Assembly (NCBI GenBank): GCA_001949185.1
Contig: BDGG01000006.1
Location: 1,160,827 to 1,224,826, forward strand
Length of the DNA: 64,000 nucleotides
DNA from: Ramazzottius varieornatus
Taxonomy: Eukaryota > Animalia > Tardigrada
Direction of reading: 5' to 3'
Below the pieces are notes generated by a model that saw nothing but the letters and a program-made list of their open reading frames with translations, ran no database searches and was not told the origin of the DNA. Position numbers and translations under genes: made by a program. Shown here piece after piece: positions 1 through 10,845 of the stretch (its first letter is position 1; every line of letters begins with the position of its first letter).

Positions 1-1613
1 GGCAGGTACCTCCCTCACTTTTTGACCATGTGAAATGTGTGCAACCGTGAGTGCTTTCACAAGTACGCCCACAGTTTCTCCCGGGAATCTTGACGGTGGA
101 CAAATCATTACCGGGGAAGTCACAGCCGTGAGCATAGTTCTCATCGGTCCACCGTATTCCTGAAAAACAGTCGCTCAATAGGAGGTTAGAAAAATAAAAG
201 CCTCTGAGCGAGTTACTCGTCCGAGCGTACCTTCGTTCGATCCACGTGGTATCGTCGGGCTACTGCATTCGTAAAGCCGGTTGATTTTTTCCACGTCCAA
301 AAGACTGAGACCTTCTCGGTTCCCCAGCTTGACGCCCCGTATCCTTGGCACAATGGTCGGTTTCATAGAATCGATGGCGAACGCGTTTTCTTCGTAGTGC
401 TGCAGAGATTAACGAATATCCCACCCTTAATCCGCTAGTACGCCATTCCCAAGCTGAAGGTGACTTACCATGATCGACGCATAGTCATACGGCATATTCA
501 AATTATCCGTCCTTTCTGCATTGAAGTTCTTGTTTTTTGTACCTGCTTACAGAAAAAAATCATACTGTAAATATTCGCTGCGTCCGCGCAGTACGTCATC
601 GTATAGGTGAAGTACAGCCCCGGTCCGGTTTCACGGATTGCGCAACCCCCTGCGTGGGTGCATTGTCACGTACGTGTACGTACTGCGCGGACGCAGCAAA
701 TATTTACAGTAATCATTTGAAGAGTGTATGCACCTACCTACAGATCAACTACTCGTACCGTTCACAACGTTGTCCCACACGATGGTTACGTACTCATCAC
801 GATCGTTTCGACTCTGCTCGTGGAAAAAGCCTATCTCGTGCAGAATCTCGTGCTGGACCGTACCGAAAGTTTCACACCCGATACCAAGGTTGATCAGTTG
901 TCCCCGACCGTCATTTTTCCTGCGCCGGGCAATGTCGGAATAGCACCTTTGAACCGGAAGTTACTACATATGTATTTCCTTTTCTAGAAATGCGTATGAC
1001 ATAGCGTTCGAACAAGGTTGCCATGATCCTGATGTGATCTTACCCTTCTGGCGACTCTCTCGCAAATCTGATAAAATGTGGTTCGGCGATGCGCGGAACG
1101 AACCGAACACAAGTCTTGGCCATTAGATCTCTCAGCGCTTCCTCAATGATTTGTTTTTCTTCCCCCGAAGCTGAAATGGAAACTTGCCGAATAAACATGG
1201 TCCAAATGAAGTGCACAGCGCTATCACGAAGAGCTTATATCCTAAAGCAAAGCCATGGCTTTGTCCAAAGCCTCGGAAACCCCGTACCGAAAGCTAGACC
1301 AAGCTGATACGGTACCAAACCATTCTTCCATCGTAGTCTTCGGTCGAAAATGGCGTTGTTCAACTGCATATCCTGTGAATACAAAACCGACTTTAAGATT
1401 CGATGTACACTGTGCGCTACAGTACAACAGGTGGATCTTCGTTCATCTGACCGTGAAAGCGAAATCGGTCCTCTCATCCATTCCATCAATCCAAATGTCA
1501 CCCTCGTAAAGATAAGCTCCAGCAAACGTCGACATGTATATGAAAAAGAAAGACATTAAAGAGGCTCGGGAGTAACGCCTTTCGAAATTCCATGTCCCAC
1601 AAAGGTCATTCAT
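1..1613 (-). CDS. Secreted astacin (M12A) zinc metalloprotease with C-terminal PAN/Apple-like domain; copy 1, 3' end runs off the window
   Basis: GT-AG exons approx 1613-1452, 1372-1288, 1170-1044, 946-759, 542-469, 399-231, 159-<1. Hydrophobic signal peptide, pro-peptide YEGDIW, zinc motif HEILHEIGFFHEQSRNDRD, Met-turn YDYASIM|HY, C-terminal LSLLDVEKINRLYEC, then CDFPGNDL..C..C..GCTHFTW..GGTC. Confidence 0.93.
563..711. mobile_element. MITE-like inverted-repeat element with TA flanks, in astacin-1 intron
   Basis: Arms TACTGTAAATATTCGCTGCGTCCGCGCAGTACGT and ACGTACTGCGCGGACGCAGCAAATATTTACAGTA (1 mismatch). Same TACTGTA...TACAGTA termini as the element at 51339-51457. Confidence 0.8.
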
Positions 1614-2402
1614 GCTTCCCAGCTCACGGATGACAGGAAGTTCTAAGCGCGATGATGCTTTGACAAAAGCAACGCCAGTAAATGGCAAAAATTTAAACAA
1701 CGCGAAATACGTGTGCTTTTGTTGTGAGAAATAGCTAGACAGCTCGACAAGACTGAAGCTTGTTTAAAGAGATAATAATCAGCTCAAATTATCAGGAAAC
1801 TAAGTTAACCCGTCAGACAACACTCACATGCATCACAAAAAACATTGGGAATGACGTGATCGGCTCGCTTTATCTGGAATGTAATGCAATGTTCTCTGAA
1901 ATTTTACCAGAATAGGTCCAGATGATAATAAGGATAAATTCAGAGCATTTTCACTGAGCAATCACTCGAAAGCTGCAAGTCACAGTCCGGTCGCTCGAGA
2001 TGTATACAAAACGTTTTCGGTTTCATTTTAGGGTTTGCTAAACATTCATCAAACAGCATACCAAGCTAAAGGTGAAAATTTCGCGATAGAGTAGACTGCA
2101 CCTTGCTTTGACTGGGGTAGTTAAGTCGCACGTTCTTGTCTGTGTGGGCATGGTGAGCAGTATCGTTGACTTTGATGATTTTCGTGGTTAGCATTCGAAA
2201 AATTTTGTACACATTTCGAGCGACTATTTCAGATAAGAGGGTGCAGTGCATTGTCCCGGTGAGGCCTCTGCGCAGCAGCTGAAGCATCAGTCTTACCAGT
2301 AAGCGAAGTCGTGACAGATGGTTGGCAGCGAATGTGTGAAGTCGCACAGCCCCGTGCAGGCTATACTCGGTTACGAAGTGAGAGCACTGAATTGTGGATT
2401 AT

Positions 2403-3027
2403 GAGCGGCCGGAACGGCAAAAATGATGTTGGTAGTCTTCGAGCCTGTTCAGCCCTTGCTTATTTTTAGACTGGGTAATTATATCAATGTTACATCGATA
2501 AAATTAGCCAGTCTGAGAATAAGCAGGCTCTGGACGGGGTCGCAGACAGGCTCCCCCACGGAATTTCACTAGTCCATGACTAGCAAAATTCACCAGTCTC
2601 AAAAAAGACAGGCTCTAAACAGACTCGATAAGAAGTTCCGTAATCTTGACCAGATTACAAACCTGCATGTCGAGGCCTGTTTACACTTTTACACAGGTGT
2701 GTGACTTGCAGGTGCGCGTCGCAAGGCAGGTGAATGTCGCCGGACTGCGCGGTCACGATTTAGAAGCTTTGTGTGCCAACGCGCGAGACATGCACCTGCG
2801 TACTGCCTTGCGACGCGCCTGCCTTTTTTGAGACTGGTGAATTTTACTAGTCATGGACTAGTGAAATTCCGTACGGGAGCCTGTCTGCGACCCCGTTCAG
2901 AGCCTGCTTTTTTTCAGACTGGCAAATTTTATCGATGTAACATTGCTAAAATTGCCCAGTCTAAAAATAGGCAAGGTCTGAACAGGCTCGGAGGCTACCA
3001 ACCTCATTTTTGACGTTCCGGCCGCCC
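2403..3027. mobile_element. Large foldback / long-TIR non-autonomous element
   Basis: Arm 2403-~2630 is the imperfect reverse complement of ~2820-3027 (e.g. GAATTTCACTAGTCCATGACTAGCAAAATTCACCAGTCTCAAAAAAG vs CTTTTTTGAGACTGGTGAATTTTACTAGTCATGGACTAGTGAAATTC). Internal sub-repeats; no TSD recognised. Confidence 0.8.
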
Positions 3028-4499
3028 ACTGCATCTCCCCTGGCTTTCCAGTGTCCATTTGCTTCCCAGATGGTTAAGTCCCCAGCTAAACCCAAGATTC
3101 AAACAACATAATGCCAGTCTACGTATGCCCAAAATAGCCCAAAAAACCCGAAAATTTGCACGATCGAGGACACTCGATCCTGAGACTACAATAGGAACCT
3201 TGCGCTTTGCGCATATGAATCTAACGACAACTAGTTGATTTCGAAAGGCATGGTTTATAGAATCATTTGCTAGAACCCTTGAGAGGTTGCAAAAGTAGAT
3301 AAACGATGTACTCGTACAGTAATAAACGACTGAAGCTGGCCATGATAGTTTGCCTGGGAGCAATTAGCCCACCAAGCTAAAAAATGCCGGCTCGACTGCA
3401 ATTCTAAAACTCTCATCGTGAATTTTCCGACAAGTTTGAAAAATCAGTGGTGACAACTTTGCTTAAACGGGCTGTATATAGATGGAGTGATTGAAGGACT
3501 ATTCGACTGCTGCCTTACGTAAAGACCAATGTGTGTTGTCGACTTGCAATGACGTAGCAAAGAATGGAAAATCTATGGAAGTCTCGCTATAACCTTTTGT
3601 CTTGTAACGTTCCGTAAGCACGTCGCTCATGCTGGATTCTGACTGAACAAGCAGGCGCGTGGTTGCAGATGCTCTAATCTAGAGAGTGAAATGGGTTTTT
3701 GCTTTTGTTTCTGTTGTAGCTGATTCCACGGTCGACCTAACTTCACAAAAGACATCTCACAAAATAGCCAACATCATATTCACAAACTCTTTTATAACCG
3801 TAGATGCCCTTTTGATATATTACCAGGCGCGTCCCATAGGCAATTTTTTGTCGTAAAAACTTGCATAATAAAAAGTCTTCGAACTTTATCCCTAACGTCA
3901 TAACTCGAGATGTCGGCTCCTTTCGGTACGAACAGCTCGTCCCGGTAACGGCAAGGACCGCGCCGAACAGGTTTTCACTCAAAAATAGCACAGAGCAGGG
4001 CCGGCGCGGCCTGGGTTGAATGTATCAAGCTTGGCACATGACATACTGACAGTAGATGATTAGTGAAGAGCATTCGAGCACTTTTTACCATAGTTGGTTG
4101 ATAAATATCGAAGTTTGAAGGGTTCTCGTCAACCAAATATCGTATAAAGTGCTCGAACGACGAAAGCTATTAGCTAGTCGTCTGGTGTCAATCTGTCTGC
4201 ACCAGGCTTGCTCTGTGTTGTTTCTTAGTAAAAATATGTTCGGCGCGTTTCATGACGGTACCGGGACGACTGCACGTACCGAGCGGAGCCGACGATTCGA
4301 GTCGTGATGTCAAGGGCAAAGTTCAAAGGCAGTTTTAGGCAATTTTTTACGACAAAAATTTGCCTATGGGACGCGCCTGATGAGTAAAATATCCCAAACG
4401 GTAAAGTAGGCAATTTGTTACGCAAAAGAACTGCATGGTTGACCTGAACCGAAGCGTCATCAATAGGAACTTATAATCGACCGCGGGAAAGCCCACGGG

Positions 4500-6567
4500 C
4501 TAGCCAAAAGGTGAACCCCATGAATTCGAGGAATACGAACGCCAGGATGTCGAAGAAGGTGAACTCCGTGATGTCCAAGACGAAGCCCATGATTTCGAAG
4601 AAGGTGAACTCCATGATATCGAAGGTGAACTCCGTGATGTCCAAGACGAAGCCCATGATTTCGAAGAAGGTGAACTCCATGATGTCCAAGAGGGTGAACT
4701 CCGTGATGTCCAAGCAGAGGACGGAAAGCTATTCGGAAAACGGATTTCGTCGGACCAGGGCCAGCTATCTTTCCGTTCAACCGTGGCTGGTTTGTAGGTC
4801 TTCGTCTTCAGCTGAGACGAAGCTCTTTTTAGCACCCCACATACCACCGATTTATCGTCAATTTGAACGGCGTCTCCTTTCAGTTTAGTTCCCTGCTTCA
4901 GCCAGCACGTGCCTTCTTCCTCCTCCGTCCACTTGAAATGCGTGCAACCTTGGTATGCCGCACATATCGGTTCGCAGTTGTACATCGGAGCATTGGCGTA
5001 CCCCAGGTCATTCCCGGGAAAGTCACATCCAAACGCCCAGTTACCTTTCCATTCAGTCGTCCTGCCAGAAACTGGCTGTGCTACGCCGCACATGTGCACT
5101 ACGGATTGATCAGTAACCTTGATGGCGTCTTCTTTGCTTTTACCGCCTTCTTTCAGGCCACAGGTTCCTCCACCGATGTCTGACCATGCGAAGTGCGTAC
5201 AGCCGGGAGTGTTAAGGCAAGCTAGGTCACATTGTGTGCTTTCGGAGAACTGGTGAATGAACAGATCGTCACCGGGGAAATCACAATCCAAAGCCCAGTT
5301 CCCGACCCACTTTAATCCTATAACAGACCACTCATCAACTACACCAGCGAGCAGGTTTACAGTTGTGCCGCTTGATACCTGTGTGTGCACGTGTTCCCGA
5401 CTTCGGCGGTTCTGCACGTCCGTAGCAGTTGTAAAGTCGATTAATTTTCAGCACGTCCAAAGCGCTCACAACATCACGGTTCCCCAACCTAGCATTTGGC
5501 CATGGGTTCTTCGGAACAATAGTCGGCTTTGTTTCGTCGATGGCGAATGCATTCCATTCATAGTGCTTCATGAAACGATAAAACAAATCATTCCTACCAG
5601 TTAACAAACACTGTTAAACGTAGCCGCCATAGCCTTTCTTCCTCGGGTACTGTACCATGATCGATCCATAGTCGTAAGGCATGTCCAAATTATCCGTCCT
5701 TACTGCATTGAAGTTGGAGTTATCCGTACCTGAAAGTATGCCTTGGGTTCGACAGGACTACCTACGTATTTACCGAAATGAGTACCTTACCATTGATCAC
5801 GTTGTTCCATTTGATGATAACGTACTGATCGCGATCGCTGCGGCTCTGTTCATGCCAAAAGCCCAAGGCGTGCAGAACTTCGTGCTGAATAGTCCCAAAA
5901 TCGTCACACCCAACTCCGAGATTAATCAGTTGACCACCACGTGTCCGATTACGACCAACTGTCGAGAAGCATCTTAAAAGAGACCAGAAGTTATACGGTA
6001 CACGCTAGTTGATCTGAAATATTATTGATAATACGGGCTTCACTGAAGCAGGGATGGTTTACCTTGTTGGATCCTTTCTCGCAAAATCCAAGAAATAAGG
6101 CTCGTTGGTTCGCGGAACAAAGCGAACACACGTTTTTTTCATCAAATCTGCCAGTGCCGCCTCAACATTGGCTTTTCCTTGTTCAGATGCTATAAATGAA
6201 AGGAGAGTGAGCATAGGAAGCAACAGTCCAGTTACAGTAAGGAAAACGAACGCACCGAACGACTTGCGAAATCGGTAAGGAACCACGCTATTTTCCCAGC
6301 GTAAGCTCGGATCAAGAACGGCATTGTTCAACAGGATAGTCTGTAAGCATTAGAAACTATTTCGTCGCTCGTGGTCAACTGGATAACTGCGGCAGTTCAA
6401 CTGACCGTTGATCCGGAATCGGCGTTTTCTTCCTCTCCATCAAACCAAATGTCGCCCTCGTAAAGATAAGCTCTGGCCAAAGTCGACGTTGAGATGAGGA
6501 TGAAGGAGAGTATGAAAACTCGGAAACAGCGGCATTCCGAATATAATCTTCCACTGCACCCGTCCAT
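4500..6567 (-). CDS. Secreted astacin metalloprotease with two PAN/Apple-like domains and a Ser/Trp-rich repetitive tail; copy 2
   Basis: Exons approx 6567-6406, 6340-6256, 6190-6064, 5972-5791, 5728-5657, 5565-5379, 5317-4500. YEGDIW; HEVLHALGFWHEQSRSDRD; YDYGSIM|HY; two WAxxCDFPG(D/N)DL...GCTHF.W...GTC.LK repeats; tail SSAWTSRSSPSWTSWSSPSSKSW. Confidence 0.93.
4507..4713. repeat. Coding tandem repeat (21-24 bp units, 66 bp higher-order period) encoding the Ser/Trp tail
   Basis: Recurrent GAAGGTGAACTCC(G/A)TGAT; 4555-4617 is repeated at 4621-4683. Confidence 0.9.
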
Positions 6568-7282
6568 CCTGTCTAGCTCACGGATGAAACAAAGCTAACA
6601 CGTACAGTCCCAATAAACGGTATTCAAATACGGACCCAAAAAGCGCTTTTTACTTCCAACCCCGTTCTCAAAATAAATTTGAGCAGTACGAGAAACTAAA
6701 ATTCTGTTGTCACAAACTTGAAGACACAGTCTCTGGCGGCTAGACAAGACTAACGTTTAGAAGTGACAATCCGTCTTCCATTTTGGGGAAGCCAAGCGGC
6801 ACAAAAGCAGCAAATGACGAATGTAGTGGGTGCTTGTCCAAAGTACAAAACTGTTTTTCGTAAATACCATCACGAAAACACGTCTGAACAGTAAACCTCA
6901 ACCATTCATGTTCTATACCGTAAATCTATACCGTAAGCTTTTGACGTGTTTTTCCTTGTTTAGATTTGTCTTTTTTCCTTTTGGAAACTGAATATTATCT
7001 TGAATAAAGACAAAACACCATTCCTAAGGGTCGGGTTTACGACGCGGAGGAGAGCAGCCCTGAAATACAGGAAAATGTCTGAGCCGTTGTTCAGATCACT
7101 TCCTCCAGAAAATCTTGGATGATCTTCTGAACATACGTACCGTTTCGCATGTTTCGATTGAGAGACTCGCTCGCGGTCATCCTGAACCCGGGGAGAGTTT
7201 ACTTGATTGTCCGCACGCTAAAGTCTGACTCACCGAGTTCGGACTTTGGACTGCGGCACTGATAAGCCATTCTGACTCACAC

Positions 7283-7840
7283 CAGGCTTGGCGCAGGCAG
7301 GGCAATTTAAGGCAATAAACTTAGGGCAATAGTCAATTTTGCCCCAATTTCCCTCGAATTTCCCGAAATTGGCCGAATTGCCCGAAGGTTATCCATAATT
7401 GCCTGAACAAGTCCAATGGTTCTCCGTGGTGCTGGAAGTATGAGAACGTCCGTTTCCGCTGTCCTAGCCTCGTCACTACTCGGCACGGAAATTCAGGGAA
7501 GCAGACGAAGGTCAACTGTAAAAGCCGCAATATTAGCAAGCGGACTACGATTTACTGGGCATTTCTTTTACAGTACACGAGTAGGCTTTGGGACTTCGAA
7601 TGTAACAGGTTTTTATCAGGCAGGTTTTTTATCAGAAGTATCGCAAATGTTTGTGTCGCACAAAAAGCATTGTTCTCGTAACACAACTGGATGCGTTTGA
7701 GCAATTATGGGTAAACTTCGAGCAATTTTGAGTAAATTCGGGAAATTCGGGCAATCTCGAGTAAATTTGGGTAAATTCGAGCAAAATTGACCATTGCCTG
7801 AAGTCAGTTGCCTTAAATTGCCCTGCCTGTGCCAAGCCTA
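7283..7840. mobile_element. Non-autonomous TIR element (hAT-like termini) with subterminal ~10 bp tandem repeats
   Basis: TIR AGGCTTGGCGCAGGCAGGGCAATTTAAGGCAA / TTGCCTTAAATTGCCCTGCCTGTGCCAAGCCT. Arrays of CCCGAATTT/AAATTCGGG-like units lie inside both ends; no intact 8-bp TSD seen. Confidence 0.75.
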
Positions 7841-9730
7841 CATCGAATACGTGTATGCAATATTGAAGGGTTAGTTCAAGGATTATTTAAGGGCAAATTT
7901 AATGGTGAAGAATGCGCGAGGAAGGTTTTTCTGTGGTCCGCGTGTCCCACGAAAACGGATCGATTGTTCGACTCAGAATAACCTCGTGAACAAAACACTT
8001 GCTTTTCTCTGTCTCGCGTTCCCCAAAGGGAACGAGATCTAAATTTCACGTGCCCCGAAACCCGCACCCATGTCGAAAACATACGAACCTGTGACAAAAT
8101 TAGCACCTAGGGTAAATTTCACCCTCACTCTGACTGCACCCTGCACCGAACTAGAGCAGCTCGCCACTAGATAACTTGAAAACCGTGAGCTGGTGCACAC
8201 AGGAACCAGTATCCTGGAGAATCGCCTTTCCCCGTTTTTCGGTACGGACTCCCGGACACATTTAAACGAAACCCTGCTTCAGCAAACTGACCGAGCCATG
8301 TTTTCAAGATCGAGTCGCTGATCCAGAGCACAGAGGCGGCGAAGCCGCCAGAATGCAATGCTACGGGGTGCACCGGGGGTGCTGCCCTATGTTGCAAAAC
8401 GGGTTGCGCTCAGCTGAGCGGAGAGTGCAAGTGCAGCGGGAATAAATCAATATGAAACCAACCAGTAGGCAATCAAATCGGTTGATTTACTATAACTTAT
8501 GATCCGCCCTGAATTTTGACGTCTCTTCCGCTTCCTGCGGTGTCTTCCAGGATTTTATTCCGCCGAATCAGTCTATCTCAGTGTGTGGAGCAAACTCTCT
8601 TCCATCTTTCTGTCATATTTGTTAGAAGATCAGAGTGGACAGACTGGCGTGAATCCCTTGTGAGCTTCGTCCTGCTAAGTTAATTGACAATCAACTTAGC
8701 AATAGGGTGAAAGCGACCCGACCATGGCCACGCGACCGGTGACCATGGTCGGGTCGCGCCCACCATACTCCGCACCCCTAAGCTCCTCATCTGAGATGCG
8801 ACGTATTTCAACCACACAGAAACACTTCCCGTTCTGCAGTTAGGCTCTTGATTAGCCCCAGAGCTACTTACCTCAGCCTGCTGCGATAACACACGTTCGC
8901 TCGAGCATCGAGCAAGAAAACATCTGAATAAGTATGACAGTAACAGGCACATGGTTCGTTAATGTCCTACTCCTATACTAACATAACCCGAAAGAAACTT
9001 CTGACAAGGTCGTGGACCGTCTAAAAAGAAATTTCTAAACAAAAATCGCAGCAACATATTCTCGACCCGCTCGGATGGGACCAGTAGAATTATAAAACGT
9101 GAAATATATAAAACGTGCTTGCCGGTATAGCAATTTACCTTTCTCTGCTTTTAATTGAGCTACAGTAATTAAAACTCGCTTATAACATTGACAACGAAGT
9201 TTAGTAAACCGTCGAAGGTCAGGCGAAGGTGATTTAAAATGAATTCGTGAACAGAGCCTGGTCGAGGTAGGCCGTGCCTAGGATTTTCCGATGCCAGTCT
9301 ATCAAAAAAATTTTCCCTTGGTCGCCAGTTTTGATTGAGCGTCAGTATATCATTACGATCGGTGAATCGATCGGAACAAGCTCCTGGTGACGTCGAAAAA
9401 ACCTGAGCGCCGCCTAGCTCAGCCAGGTTTCGTTCGTGAAAGATTACCTGTGCAAGTTTATGAAATCGAGTGTATTTCGTGCTCGCGCGTTTTTTCTGAA
9501 AAACGAATGGTGTACCCGAGGAACGAGAATCTGTCTGTCCGTTGGTAAGCCTTTGAGCTTCAGTATCTGGCTATTCGAGAAGGTCTACCCTAAATAAAGA
9601 GGGAAGAAGGGTGGGGAGCAGCCGCGCAGGTACAAGCGCCTGACCTAAATGTGGGGATGGACAAAAATGGGGGGAACGGAGCGAAAGCGGCTGCGCTTCG
9701 ATTGATTTAATTGATTGGTCAACCTCAGCT

Positions 9731-9780
9731 NNNNNNNNNNNNNNNNNNNNNNNNNNNNNNNNNNNNNNNNNNNNNNNNNN
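9731..9780. other. Assembly gap (N run)
   Basis: 50 Ns. Confidence 1.
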
Positions 9781-10489
9781 GGGGGGTCCGAAAGCTTTTT
9801 TTAGATCAGCTGTTTTGGGGGTGGGGGATGCACCTCTCCTGGGATCACGGCACGAACTTCGTACGGCAGACTGTATCCGTGCTGGTTTCTCATCGTTTTT
9901 GAGTGGAATGTAGTGTGGTCCCGTTTACTATGGGAGAGCTGTAGATTGCAGCTATGACAAAATTTGATTGAGGAGATTTTGCAAATAGTTATCGGGACAA
10001 AACTCAGAACGCGTGCACCGTATCGGCGCAAAAGAGCGGCTCTCAAGTGCCCTACGTAGAGGGCACCTGAGCGAGCGAGCGAGGCGTTTTTAGAGGGAGA
10101 CTCGGGCAATGCTAAGTCTAATCACCCACGCGATGGAACTTTTCGGGGCGGATTCGGAGCCAAACGCGTTGCCGATGGCTGGCGCGTTTGACCGCTATCT
10201 TATCCAGTGCACTCATACCCAGTACACTGCGCGCTCAGCTGTCCAGTGTTGTACCACTTGCTAAGCTCTGTTTCATCTACCGATGGGTGATACTTTTAGC
10301 CTCCTGGCCAACCCATCCAACATTTTGTATGGATTCTTTTACGGCCATTGTTCTTAGTTCGCGAGGCGGGTCAACTTGGCCGTTTTAGAAAGTCAAGATC
10401 AGCTTTCGATAACTGATAGGATCTCTGATCCTCAGTATGTACGATCCTCCACACAGTCGTACGCGTAATCCGTCCCGGGTAGTGAGCAC

Positions 10490-10539
10490 NNNNNNNNNNN
10501 NNNNNNNNNNNNNNNNNNNNNNNNNNNNNNNNNNNNNNN
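10490..10539. other. Assembly gap (N run)
   Basis: 50 Ns. Confidence 1.
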
Positions 10540-10845
10540 ATTCATGCTCGACCGTTGATTGGCCGGTCTGCCGCGTGCTCAAACGATATTGTGGTCAAAC
10601 GATATTTAAAGCATGTAGCAGTGATATCGTAAGCATGCGACCAGCTCAGTTGTTGACAAGTGGGCGTTACCGAGTGGTCAACATAGGGAGTCCAGATCAG
10701 GAGCGCTGCGATAGTTGGAGAAGAATCTTCCAACTGGATGTACAAAGCAGCAAACATTGAAACATCCGCTGACGAAACAGTAGTCAAAGTAATGTACGGT
10801 CTTTGTAAGTGTTTACCAATAACTTGGAGGTAGTATGAGCGAGTT

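Noticed and set aside
4460-4888. His-rich, acidic and plus-strand ORFs overlapping the astacin-2 tail as separate genes
   Set aside because: Alternative frames of the same tandem repeat; only one frame continues the PAN domains.
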